Of a stretch of DNA of 32,000 bases, positions 19,315-27,585 are shown piece after piece (position 1 is the first letter of the stretch; each line of letters starts with the position of its first letter). The notes below the pieces were generated by a model. The model did not search any database and was not told the DNA's origin. It saw nothing but the letters and a program-made list of their open reading frames with translations. Made by a program: the position numbers and the translations under genes. Location: positions 3,360,001 to 3,392,000 of the forward strand of contig NZ_CP066018.1 of assembly GCF_016127575.1 (NCBI RefSeq). The letters are read 5' to 3'. The DNA comes from Cupriavidus necator (lineage in GTDB: Bacteria; Pseudomonadota; Gammaproteobacteria; Burkholderiales; Burkholderiaceae).

Positions 19315-19328
19315 TTGCTTTGCATCAA
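19315..19328 (-). promoter_or_regulatory. FNR box (reads TTGATGCAAAGCAA on the minus strand) upstream of hsp20
   Basis: 9/10 match to TTGAT-N4-ATCAA, 71 nt upstream of the hsp20 start in the hsp20/fnr divergent intergenic region. Confidence 0.65.
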
Positions 19329-19420
19329 ACGCCGGCACATTGCCCCGACTGCTTGCACGGGATAAGGGCATGACGTCACATGCGCCAGCTTGGACAGCCA
19401 GGGCGTTCGGCATGACCGGC

Positions 19421-19437
19421 GTCAGGGAACCCTGACA
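19421..19437 (+). promoter_or_regulatory. 17-bp palindromic motif GTCAGGGAACCCTGACA between hsp20 and fnr
   Basis: Perfect 7-bp inverted repeat GTCAGGG/CCCTGAC with a 2-nt spacer. An extra CTGACA half-site lies at 19453-19458, 21 bp downstream. It is 15/17 identical to 13907-13923. Confidence 0.5.
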
Positions 19438-19610
19438 AGTGACGCTGCATTTCTGACACGCAACTCAGCGCAGCCTTCTAGGCGCGGAGCGCGGGCAGGC
19501 CAATACTTCAGTCAAACACATCGCGGCGCGCACGAATATGCGGTCCGCCAGACGACACGGGTGAAGGCGAGGGTCGGGATAAGGGAAAGGCCGGCAGGCT
19601 GGAGACAACC

Positions 19611-20405
19611 ATGTTTGACTTGCATACTGAAGCTGATGCTGTTTGTGACGCCCCCAACATGTCCGTCGCGCTCTCCAGGCGTGAGGATGAGACGTTTGCG
19701 GAGCCGGCGCCGGATCCCGCGCGGGCGCGGTGCACAACTTGCATGATGCGGAACATCTGCATGGCCGCCAGCCTGGAGGCCGGCGAAATGGCCCGCCTGG
19801 ACTCCGTCGTGCGGAGCTGGCGTTCGGTCAAGCAGGGCGAACGGCTGTACCGGGCGGGCGACCCGTTCCGCAGCCTCTATGCGGTCCGCGTCGGCTCGTT
19901 CAAGACCGTGGTGGCGCCGGAGCGGGGCAAGGAGACCATCTCCGGCTTCTACATGGCCGGGGACTCAATCGGCATGGACGGCGTTTGCCAGGAAACCCAT
20001 AACTGCGATGCGATTGCCCTGGAAGACAGCGTGGTCTGCGTGATCCCGTTTCACCAGCTCGAGGCGCTATGCCGCGAGATCAAGCCGCTGCAACGCCACC
20101 TGCACAAGATGTTCAGTGCCGAGATCGTGAGGGAATCGCGCCAGATGATGCTGTTAGGCAACAACATGTCCGCCGAGCAGCGCGTGGCGGCATTCCTGTT
20201 GAACGTCTCGGCACGCTACCGCGAACGCGGCTATTCGGCCACGTCCTTTGTGCTGCGCATGACTCGTGAAGACATCGGCAGCTTCCTTGGCATGACCCTG
20301 GAAACCGTGAGCCGGACCTTGTCCAAGTTCCAGCAGGAAGGGCTGCTGACAGTGCAGGGCAAGTCCATCGAGCTGCTCAATCTGGACGCCCTGGACGCTC
20401 GCTAG
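19611..20405 (+). CDS. fnr: FNR/Anr-type oxygen-sensing CRP-family transcription regulator
   Basis: The N-terminal Cys cluster C-X2-C-X5-C ([11 protein letters not shown]) plus the fourth Cys in VVCVIPF matches the E. coli FNR C20/C23/C29/C122 pattern. There is a cNMP-like barrel and a recognition helix [11 protein letters not shown] (E--SR). ATG has GGAGA upstream. Confidence 0.93.
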   Translation: MFDLHTEADAVCDAPNMSVALSRREDETFAEPAPDPARARCTTCMMRNICMAASLEAGEMARLDSVVRSWRSVKQGERLYRAGDPFRSLYAVRVGSFKTVVAPERGKETISGFYMAGDSIGMDGVCQETHNCDAIALEDSVVCVIPFHQLEALCREIKPLQRHLHKMFSAEIVRESRQMMLLGNNMSAEQRVAAFLLNVSARYRERGYSATSFVLRMTREDIGSFLGMTLETVSRTLSKFQQEGLLTVQGKSIELLNLDALDAR

Positions 20406-20431
20406 CGGCGTCATACGCGGCAAGGCATGAC

Positions 20432-21994
20432 GTGAACGATGCCAGTTCTGATCCCGGAATTCCCGGCCGTCCCGGCGATGTCGTGGCCGCCGCCGCGCCC
20501 CGCGAAGTGGGGGCGCTGGTGTTCCGGCCGCTCGAGATCGATACGTGGCAGGAGCATGTCATCTATATGCATCCGGATTGCCCCGTCTGCCGCGCCGAGG
20601 GCTTTTCCGCGCAGGCGCGCGTGCGCGTGCAGATCGGCGACAGGTCGTTGATCGCCACGCTGACGCTGCTGGGCGCGCCGCTATTGAACACGGGCGAAGC
20701 GAGCCTGTCGTTGAGCGCAGCACGGACGCTTTCGGCACGCGCCGGCGATGTCGTGCATGTCACCCATGCGCCCGCGCTGGAGTCGGTGCGCGCACTGCGT
20801 GCCAAGATCTATGGCTGCCACCTGGACAGCGTCCAGCTCGACGGCATCATCGGCGACATCAGTGCAGGGCGGTACGCCGACGTGCATATTGCGGCATTCC
20901 TCACCGCCTGCGCGGACGGTCGCATGAGCCTGCGCGAGACTGTCGACCTGACCCGGGCCATGGTCCGGTCCGGCCAGCGCTTGAACTGGGACCGCGAGGT
21001 GGTTGCCGACAAGCATTGCGTCGGTGGGCTGCCGGGCAATCGCACCACGCCGGTCGTCGTGGCTATCGCGGCAGCGGCCGGGCTGCTGCTGCCCAAGACC
21101 TCATCGCGCGCGATCACCTCACCCGCCGGCACCGCCGATACGATGGAAGCCCTGACCCGCGTGACGCTGGATTCGACGGAACTGCGGCGCGTGGTAGAAC
21201 AGGTCGGGGCTGCATTGGTGTGGGGCGGCGCGCTGAGCCTGAGTCCCGCGGACGACGTGTTGATCCGCGTGGAACGCGCGCTGGATATCGACAGCGATGC
21301 GCAGCTGGTGGCCTCAATCCTGTCGAAGAAGATTGCCGCCGGCTCCACCCACGTGCTGATCGACGTGCCGGTGGGGCCGACGGCCAAGATCCGCGAAGAC
21401 AGCGATCTGGCGCGCCTGGATCTCGCCATGACCAAGGTCGCGGACGCGTTCGGGCTGAAGCTCCGGATTCTGCGCACCGACGGCTCGCAGCCGGTGGGCC
21501 GGGGCGTCGGCCCTGCGCTCGAGGCGCTCGACGTGCTGGCCGTGCTGCAGTGCCAGCCGACGGCGCCCGCCGACCTGCGCGAACGCTCGCTGCTGCTGGC
21601 GGGCGAGCTGCTGGAGTTCTGCGGTGCGATACCGCCCGGGCAGGGACGGCTGCTGGCCGGCAGCCTGCTCGACAGTGGTGCCGCCTGGGCCCGGTTCCAG
21701 GCGATCTGTGAAGCGCAAGGGGGGCTGCGCACCCCGGGGCAGGCGGTGTTCCGGCGCGACGTGGTCGCAGCCCGCAGCGGCATCGTGACGTCCGTCGACA
21801 ACCGGCACGTCGCGCGCACGGCGAAGCTGGCCGGGGCGCCGCGCCGGCAGGTGGCCGGGCTGGAACTGCATGTGCGCGCCGGCGACGAGGTCGTAGCCGG
21901 CGCACCGCTCTGTACGCTGCATGCCCAGGCGTCCGGCGAACTGGAATATGCGTTCAGCTACGCCCTGGCGCATGACCCCTTCCGCATCGAATAG
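20432..21994 (+). CDS. thymidine phosphorylase family protein of the long, AMP-phosphorylase-like type
   Basis: 520 aa. An extra ~90-aa N-terminal domain precedes the glycosyl-transferase family 3 core ([39 protein letters not shown]) and the C-terminal PYNP domain. GTG start lies 26 nt after the fnr stop. Confidence 0.85.
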   Translation: MNDASSDPGIPGRPGDVVAAAAPREVGALVFRPLEIDTWQEHVIYMHPDCPVCRAEGFSAQARVRVQIGDRSLIATLTLLGAPLLNTGEASLSLSAARTLSARAGDVVHVTHAPALESVRALRAKIYGCHLDSVQLDGIIGDISAGRYADVHIAAFLTACADGRMSLRETVDLTRAMVRSGQRLNWDREVVADKHCVGGLPGNRTTPVVVAIAAAAGLLLPKTSSRAITSPAGTADTMEALTRVTLDSTELRRVVEQVGAALVWGGALSLSPADDVLIRVERALDIDSDAQLVASILSKKIAAGSTHVLIDVPVGPTAKIREDSDLARLDLAMTKVADAFGLKLRILRTDGSQPVGRGVGPALEALDVLAVLQCQPTAPADLRERSLLLAGELLEFCGAIPPGQGRLLAGSLLDSGAAWARFQAICEAQGGLRTPGQAVFRRDVVAARSGIVTSVDNRHVARTAKLAGAPRRQVAGLELHVRAGDEVVAGAPLCTLHAQASGELEYAFSYALAHDPFRIE

Positions 21995-22155
21995 CTCCAG
22001 TGGGCGGCCGGCAGCGGCCGCCCGCACCAGCAGCACCGGCACCGTCGATCTGCACACCTCCCCCTCGGCCACGCTGCCCATCACCAGGTGCCGGAAGCGG
22101 TTCCCGGGTGCGGGAGCGCAGACATTGCTTCCGGCTTAGGCGGGGGGTAGGCCGG

Positions 22156-22169
22156 TTGATGCGGGTCAG
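22156..22169 (+). promoter_or_regulatory. weaker FNR-like site TTGATGCGGGTCAG
   Basis: 8/10 match to the consensus. Its centre is 54 bp upstream of the stronger box at 22210-22223. Confidence 0.35.
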
Positions 22170-22204
22170 CGGGCGGGCGGTCGGCCGGCCAAGGGGACTC
22201 TGGG

Positions 22205-22278
22205 CTTCGTTGACAGCCATCAACACGCATGCGCTTGCGACCGCTACTTTGGAAATAGCCCATAGCCGAAGCCGAGGT
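22205..22278 (+). repeat. promoter-plus-leader module, copy A (FNR box, -10, leader, SD-like GAGG)
   Basis: Aligns by eye with 25333-25405. 41/48 are identical from the box through the -10, and 16/18 in the segment ending GCCGAGGT. There is one indel in between. Confidence 0.7.
22210..22223 (+). promoter_or_regulatory. FNR box TTGACAGCCATCAA
   Basis: 9/10 match. A -10-like TACTTT lies at 22245-22250, 21 nt after the box. It is 217 nt upstream of the PNPOx-like gene. Confidence 0.65.
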
Positions 22279-22439
22279 AGCTGGGGGGAGAGGCAAGACA
22301 TGGGCCTGAACCAGCCATTGCTGTCGTGGAATGAAGAAGATGCGGGGCATTTGTCCAGGAACGTGCCGGCTGGAGATCGCTCCCCCGGCCGTGCCGGCCC
22401 CGTTGGTGTTGTTTGTACTGGCGTAACAGGTGACCAAAT

Positions 22440-22892
22440 ATGGACGAAGAGACCAGACAGAAGATCCTGACCTTGTTGAACCAACACAGGATCATGACGC
22501 TTGCCACCTTGAGGCCGGATGGCTGGCCTCAGGCTACCACTGTGGGTTATGTGAATGAGGGTCTCACGCTCTACTTCCTCTGTGGTCCGGGCAGCCAAAA
22601 GGCGGCCAATCTGGCATTGGATGACCGTGTCTCGCTGACAATTGATCACGACACGCCAGATCTCATGGCGATTACCGGCCTGTCCATGGCGGCGCACGCG
22701 CAACCGGTGGTCGATGTGGCCGTAGCGGAGAGAATCCTCCGGATGTTCCCATTGAAGTATCCGGAGCAGATTGCCTTGCCAGTGCCGATGCCAACCGCGG
22801 AGGACGTCCGAATATTCAGGGTGACCCCGACAGTCATTTCCGTGCTCGACTATTCCAAGGGCTTCGGACATACGGATCTTGTCAGCTGCTGA
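22440..22892 (+). CDS. pyridoxamine 5'-phosphate oxidase-family (FMN-binding split-barrel) protein
   Basis: 150 aa with ILTLLNQHRIMTLATLRPDGWPQATTVGY...LYFLCGPGSQKAANL...VSLTID, typical of small PNPOx-like flavoproteins. GC3 is lower than in the surrounding genes. Confidence 0.8.
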   Translation: MDEETRQKILTLLNQHRIMTLATLRPDGWPQATTVGYVNEGLTLYFLCGPGSQKAANLALDDRVSLTIDHDTPDLMAITGLSMAAHAQPVVDVAVAERILRMFPLKYPEQIALPVPMPTAEDVRIFRVTPTVISVLDYSKGFGHTDLVSC

Positions 22893-22944
22893 CACCTGGG
22901 TCCGCTGAGGGAAGTCAAGAGACCTTTCGTTGCGGAGGTGTGCC

Positions 22945-23874
22945 GTGCGCAAGATGTGGGCGGTGCTCGTCATGCCAGCCATTAGTCTGTGCCGCTGCGG
23001 CCAGCGCCCTCGGTGGTGCCAGTTGAACCTGCGCACGGCCGCGCGAGGCCTGCTTCTGGTGCTGACTGCCTTCGTGTTTCCCGGAGCCATCGCCGAGGTT
23101 GCCGTTCCGTCATTGACGGCGCGAGTGACTGACCTGACTGGTACGCTAACGCGCGCACAGCAGGCGTCCCTGGACCAGACGCTGCAGGCCTTCGAAGCCA
23201 GGAAGGGAGCTCAGGTTGCAGTTCTCATGGTTCCCACTACCCGACCGGAAACCATCGAACAGTATTCGCTTCGCGTGGTCGAGCAATGGAAGCTGGGACG
23301 TAACCGCGTTGATGACGGCGCGCTGCTCATCATCGCCAAGGACGACCGCACGCTTCGTATTGAGGTGGGTTACGGGCTCGAAGGCGTCCTGACTGACGCC
23401 GCGAGCAAGCGCATCATCAGTGATGATATCGTGCCCCGATTCAAGCGGGGCGACTTCTATGGCGGTGTGTCTGCGGGCATCGACCGCATGCTTGGGGTCA
23501 TCGAAGGGGAGCCACTGCCACCTCCGGAGGAAAGAGCAGGGGATACGGGTGACCCCGTCCGGCAACTGATGCCAATCCTGCTTGTGCTCACTCTGGTTCT
23601 GGGTGGGTTACTGCGTTCCATGCTGGGGCGCTTCCCGGGTGCAGTCGCGACGGGTGGGGCCGTTGGAGTGGTCGCGTGGATGCTTTCTGGCGCCATCTTT
23701 GCCGGCATCGTTGCAGGGGCAATCGCGCTCTTGTTCACGCTGATGGGTGGCCCGCACATGGGCTTGCTGGCTATCGGCGGCCGCTCGGGAAGATATGGCG
23801 GCCGGTCGGGGCCCGGGGGATTCGGCGGCGGTGGCGGCGGCTTTGGCGGTGGTGGTGCTTCCGGCAAGTGGTGA
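22945..23874 (+). CDS. TPM-domain (YgcG-like) membrane protein with Gly-rich C-terminal tail
   Basis: Signal-like segment, then TPM text (VTDLTGTLTRAQQASLDQTLQAFEARKGAQVAVLMV...LLIIAKDDRTLRIEVGYGLEGVLTD). TM helices and a GGGGGFGGGGASGKW tail follow. GTG 22945 has GGAGG 6 nt upstream; TTG 22930 and ATG 22954 are alternatives. Confidence 0.82.
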   Translation: MRKMWAVLVMPAISLCRCGQRPRWCQLNLRTAARGLLLVLTAFVFPGAIAEVAVPSLTARVTDLTGTLTRAQQASLDQTLQAFEARKGAQVAVLMVPTTRPETIEQYSLRVVEQWKLGRNRVDDGALLIIAKDDRTLRIEVGYGLEGVLTDAASKRIISDDIVPRFKRGDFYGGVSAGIDRMLGVIEGEPLPPPEERAGDTGDPVRQLMPILLVLTLVLGGLLRSMLGRFPGAVATGGAVGVVAWMLSGAIFAGIVAGAIALLFTLMGGPHMGLLAIGGRSGRYGGRSGPGGFGGGGGGFGGGGASGKW

Positions 23875-23972
23875 TGGCAAACATCAATCACATCTTGCGG
23901 CGTCCGCCGAGGGGGCGAAAATGGCGATATTTGGATGTGAAATGGCTGGGCAGCTATGTAACCCTTGGGCCC

Positions 23973-24002
23973 TATAATTATTTCGATATCTGCCGACATC
24001 GA
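23973..24002 (+). promoter_or_regulatory. candidate ald promoter -10 (TATAAT) followed by a 20-bp near-palindrome
   Basis: A perfect TATAAT at 23973-23978 sits in the only AT-rich stretch of this intergenic region. TCGATATCTGCCGACATCGA (23983-24002) pairs at 8 of 10 positions. No convincing -35 was found. Confidence 0.3.
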
Positions 24003-24126
24003 GGCTGCCATGCAGGTGTTGCCATACGTGTGGCCACGGACAGGCCTCGGTGCATCCGGCCGTGGACTGAGGATTCAAGCACCTGGTGCGGAATCTGCCG
24101 AATTACCACGCGCGTGAGCAAAGGCC

Positions 24127-25242
24127 ATGTGGATCGGCGTGCCTAAAGAAGTCAAGGACAACGAGTACCGGGTTGGCCTGGCGCCTGCCTGCGTGCGCGA
24201 ACTTGTCAGCCGCGGTCACCAGGTCATGGTCCAGGCCGGGGCCGGGGCCGCGCTTGGCCTTTCCGACGCGCAATACGAAGCGGCTGGCGCGAAGCTGGCT
24301 GCCGATGCGAAGGCCGTGTACGACCGGGCCCAGATGATTGTCAAGGTCAAGGAGCCACAACCACGCGAACTGGCGCTGCTCAGGCCCGGGCAGATCCTCT
24401 ATGCATACCTGCACCTGGCCGCGGACCGTGAGCTGACTGCCGCGCTGCTGCAATCCGGCGCGGTCTGCATCGCCTATGAGACGGTTACGGGGCCTGACGG
24501 TGGTCTGCCGCTGCTGGCCCCCATGAGCGAGGTCGCCGGCCGCATGTCAGTCCAGGTGGCGGCAGCCTACCTCGAGAAGCCGAACGGCGGCATGGGACTG
24601 CTGCTCGGCGGCGTCCCGGGCGTCGCGCCGGCACATGTCGTGGTGATCGGCGCCGGCGTGGTGGGCGCCAATGCTGTCCAGATCGCGGTTGGCATGGGGG
24701 CGCGCGTGACGGTATTGGACAAGAATATCGAACGACTGCGGCATCTCGGCTCCGTGTACGGCAATCGAGTCGTGACGGTCTACTCCAGCGCTGACAGTAT
24801 CGAGCGCGCGTTGCTCTCGGCCGATGCGGTCATCGGCGCGGTGCTGGTGCCTGGCGCCGAGGCGCCCAGGCTGGTCACGCGTGCGATGGTCGCGCGCATG
24901 AAAGCGGGTTCGGTGCTGGTGGATGTGGCGATAGACCAGGGAGGCTGCGCCGAGACATCGCGCCCGACCAGCCATACGGATCCGACCTATGTGGTGGACG
25001 GCGTGCTGCACTACTGCGTGACCAACATGCCGGCAGCGGTGGCGAGGACCTCCACCTTTGCCCTGAACAACTCCACGATCGGTCATGCGATGGCCCTTGC
25101 CGACAAGGGATGGTCCCGCGCGCTCTCAGACGACCCCTACCTGCGGGCCGGGCTGAATATCTGTCGCGGGAGTGTGACTTATGCGGCCGTCGCAAGCGCC
25201 CATGGCTACGCCCATGTACCCGCCGAGCAGGTGCTGACCTGA
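24127..25242 (+). CDS. ald: alanine dehydrogenase
   Basis: 371 aa. N-terminus [20 protein letters not shown], Rossmann motif [13 protein letters not shown], and C-terminal text typical of L-alanine dehydrogenase. Confidence 0.95.
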   Translation: MWIGVPKEVKDNEYRVGLAPACVRELVSRGHQVMVQAGAGAALGLSDAQYEAAGAKLAADAKAVYDRAQMIVKVKEPQPRELALLRPGQILYAYLHLAADRELTAALLQSGAVCIAYETVTGPDGGLPLLAPMSEVAGRMSVQVAAAYLEKPNGGMGLLLGGVPGVAPAHVVVIGAGVVGANAVQIAVGMGARVTVLDKNIERLRHLGSVYGNRVVTVYSSADSIERALLSADAVIGAVLVPGAEAPRLVTRAMVARMKAGSVLVDVAIDQGGCAETSRPTSHTDPTYVVDGVLHYCVTNMPAAVARTSTFALNNSTIGHAMALADKGWSRALSDDPYLRAGLNICRGSVTYAAVASAHGYAHVPAEQVLT

Positions 25243-25259
25243 GCGCGGCCGCCAGTATC

Positions 25260-25281
25260 GGCCGACACGTTGCTGTCGGCC
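25260..25281 (+). terminator. stem-loop after ald
   Basis: 8-bp stem GGCCGACA / TGTCGGCC with a 6-nt loop, 18 nt after the ald stop. There is no U-tract. Confidence 0.35.
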
Positions 25282-25332
25282 ACCCCTGGTGCAGCAGCCC
25301 TGCCATGAGCCGAATCACAGCGGTGTGGCTGG

Positions 25333-25405
25333 CTTGGTTGACTGGCATCAACCCGCATGTCCTTGCGACCGCTAATTTGGGATGAACCACAGCCAAAGCC
25401 GAGGT
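25333..25405 (+). repeat. promoter-plus-leader module, copy B
   Basis: See 22205-22278. In this copy the module ends 4 nt before the USP ATG at 25410. Confidence 0.7.
25338..25351 (+). promoter_or_regulatory. FNR box TTGACTGGCATCAA
   Basis: 9/10 match. A -10-like TAATTT lies at 25373-25378. It is 59 nt upstream of the USP start. Confidence 0.7.
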
Positions 25406-25409
25406 CGCC

Positions 25410-25874
25410 ATGTACCGCCGCATTCTCCTAGCCCTCGATGGCAGCCGTTCATCCTTGAATGCCCTGGAGCAGGCCGTGTCGATGGCGCTGACCACCGACG
25501 CCGAGGTCAGCGCCATGTTCGTCGTCGACGACAGCGACCTGTTCTTCGAGGTCAGCCCGGGTGACCGGCACTGGCTGATGGCCGACATCATTGCCTATGG
25601 CAAGCAGGTGCTGGCTCGTGCCGGCGAGCGCTTCAGCGCCGCCGGCGTGCGCTGGAGCAGCAGGTTGGCCGAGACGCCCGGCACCCCTGCGAAGATTGCC
25701 GAGGCGATCATCGCGGAAGCGGACCACTGGAGCGCGGACCTGATCGTCATGGGCACACACGGCCATCGCGGCGTGCGGCGCATGGTGCTGGGCTCGGTCT
25801 CGGAGCACGTGGTCAGCAAGACGGTTCGCCCCGTGCTGCTCGTTCGGCAGCAGTCGCGCGGCGATACGCCCTGA
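25410..25874 (+). CDS. universal stress protein (single USP domain)
   Basis: MYRRILLALDGS...ADLIVMGTHGHRGVRRMVLGSVSEHVVSKTVRPVLLVR, including the ATP-binding-type G-x2-G-x9-G-S motif. Confidence 0.92.
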   Translation: MYRRILLALDGSRSSLNALEQAVSMALTTDAEVSAMFVVDDSDLFFEVSPGDRHWLMADIIAYGKQVLARAGERFSAAGVRWSSRLAETPGTPAKIAEAIIAEADHWSADLIVMGTHGHRGVRRMVLGSVSEHVVSKTVRPVLLVRQQSRGDTP

Positions 25875-25926
25875 CCGTTCGGTTCCGGCCTGCGAAAACC
25901 CCAATAATTCTTCCGGAGTGACGCAA

Positions 25927-26406
25927 ATGCAGGTTTCAAGAAGCCTAGGCCTCGGCCTATCGTCGCTGGCGATTGCCGTTGCGGCGGCGGGTTGCGCCAC
26001 TCGCGCCGCGCCCGCTGGCGTGCAGATCATGGAGCAGCACGGCGTTTCCTACGTATCGGGTGGAGACGATGAGGCGGGCATGCAAAGCATGCTGGCCATC
26101 GCCGCGCGTTTCAATGTACGGCTGACGATGGTGGATGCCGGGCGCGGGAAGCCGCTGGGCGGTGCCACGGTGGTCGTGGCCAGCCAGGAGGGCCGCCCCG
26201 TGCTGCACACTACGGCTAGCGGGCCGCTGTTCTATATGCGACTCAGGCCGGGTGCCTATCGGCTCGCTGTCGGCTACCAGGGGCGGGACCAGATGCGCGA
26301 CATCGTCGTCGCTGGCGAGCCGCTCGAGGTGACGTTCCGGCTGCCGGTCAATACGCTCGAGGACGACTGGCTGCTCTGCGCCACGACACCCTGTCCGCGT
26401 CGCTGA
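25927..26406 (+). CDS. CarboxypepD_reg-like domain lipoprotein, paralog family member 2
   Basis: Lipobox-like AAAGC after a hydrophobic signal. It has the YVSGG block and the beta-sandwich pattern GGATVVVASQEGRPV...LRPGAYRLAVGYQG. ATG 25927 has GGAG 9 nt upstream; GTG 25918 is an alternative start. Confidence 0.72.
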   Translation: MQVSRSLGLGLSSLAIAVAAAGCATRAAPAGVQIMEQHGVSYVSGGDDEAGMQSMLAIAARFNVRLTMVDAGRGKPLGGATVVVASQEGRPVLHTTASGPLFYMRLRPGAYRLAVGYQGRDQMRDIVVAGEPLEVTFRLPVNTLEDDWLLCATTPCPRR

Positions 26407-26652
26407 GCCTGCCGCTCGGACGTGTCGCCGCGGGCACGACACCGCGCAAGCAAGTTCGCGGCGGTTCAGGGACGATCCCGCGAAAGAGAAGCGACGGAAC
26501 TGGAAGGGGAAGAAGAAGCGCTCAGGCTTCGTTCGGGGACAAGCAGGCGAGCCGCTCGGCGTGGGCAGGCCTGAATCCGCGAGCCGCAACCCCTGCGCGA
26601 AGACTGCCGATGCGCGCGCGACCAGCGGCGGTTGGAGCGCGGTACCGCGGCT

Positions 26653-26666
26653 TTGACACGTATCAA
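26653..26666 (+). promoter_or_regulatory. FNR box TTGACACGTATCAA
   Basis: 9/10 match. A -10-like TACGCT lies at 26688-26693. It is 85 nt upstream of the USP start. Confidence 0.7.
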
Positions 26667-26750
26667 CAGCAGTTGCGCCGGTTGCCCTACGCTGCATTTA
26701 ACCAGTCCAGACCCGAGTCGCCACAGGCTCCCATCGCCGGAGAAACCGCT

Positions 26751-27203
26751 ATGTACCAGCGCATCCTTGTCGCCATGGACGGCGGCGCCGCATCGGAACT
26801 TGCCCTGGAACAGGCCATGATCATCGCGCGCGCCGCCAACGCCGAAGTGGAGGTGGTCCATGTGGTCGATGACCGCAGCCCGTTTCTGGATGCCAGCAAT
26901 CTGGATCCGGTGAGATTGATAGAGGACCTCACGACGGCGGGGCAAAGCGTTCTCGCTGCCGCCTCCGGCCGGCTTGCCGCAGCGGGTATTCGCCACGTAA
27001 CGCGGCTGCTCGGTAAGCCTATGGTCGAGGGCGACGTTGCTGCCACGATCGCTGCCGAAGCCAATGGCTGGGGCGCTGATCTGGTTGTGATGGGTACGCA
27101 CGGCCGCCGGGGAGTGCGGCGACTCGTCATGGGCAGCGTCGCGCGAAGCGTGATCAACCTGGCCGTCGCGCCCGTCCTGCTTCTCCGCGCCGAGGAAGCG
27201 TAA
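26751..27203 (+). CDS. universal stress protein (single USP domain)
   Basis: MYQRILVAMDGG...ADLVVMGTHGRRGVRRLVMGSVARSVINLAVAPVLLLR. GGAGA lies 7 nt upstream. Confidence 0.92.
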   Translation: MYQRILVAMDGGAASELALEQAMIIARAANAEVEVVHVVDDRSPFLDASNLDPVRLIEDLTTAGQSVLAAASGRLAAAGIRHVTRLLGKPMVEGDVAATIAAEANGWGADLVVMGTHGRRGVRRLVMGSVARSVINLAVAPVLLLRAEEA

Positions 27204-27243
27204 GCAGGCGAACAGATTTTGGAGGGCATTACGCCAGAGAGCT

Positions 27244-27522
27244 ATGCATACGATCGACTTTTCCGGCGAGACGCCGGATTACTGCCCGACCGGGCCAAGC
27301 CTGCGGTGTGCCGTGAAGGTGGATGGCACACCGGCGACCTATGAGATCACTGCCGAGGCGCTTGAGGATCATTTCGGCGCACGCTCGTACCGCAGTGAAG
27401 ATTTGCTGCCGGCATTCATGAGCAACCGCCAGGACATTGAACGCGTCGCGGGAGCGCTGTTCGAGATGACAGGTGCGCGGCACATCGTGCTGCACAGCGG
27501 CCATTTTCGCTTCGCGGTGTGA
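27244..27522 (+). CDS. small conserved hypothetical protein (DUF1488-like by recollection)
   Basis: The 92-aa ORF has good GC3 and the text ...YEITAEALEDHFGA.... The SD is weak. The family assignment comes from memory of DUF1488-type sequences and is not verified. Confidence 0.5.
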   Translation: MHTIDFSGETPDYCPTGPSLRCAVKVDGTPATYEITAEALEDHFGARSYRSEDLLPAFMSNRQDIERVAGALFEMTGARHIVLHSGHFRFAV

Positions 27523-27585
27523 GGCGCACGTCCTGGCCGGCGGCAGCCGCCACCGGGCGGTGCGCGTCCTTACAAGGAGCTACCC

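Noticed and set aside
20545-22084. Four long ORFs (256-388 aa) on both strands inside the thymidine-phosphorylase-family gene
   Set aside because: They are Arg/Pro/Ala-rich shadow ORFs, and the TP-family frame has the diagnostic motifs.
26467-26481. TCAGGGACGATCCCG, partially resembling the 17-bp palindrome and containing GGGA-N3-TCCC
   Set aside because: Only one half matches the GTCAGGG motif. It is too weak to call without a genome-wide motif model.
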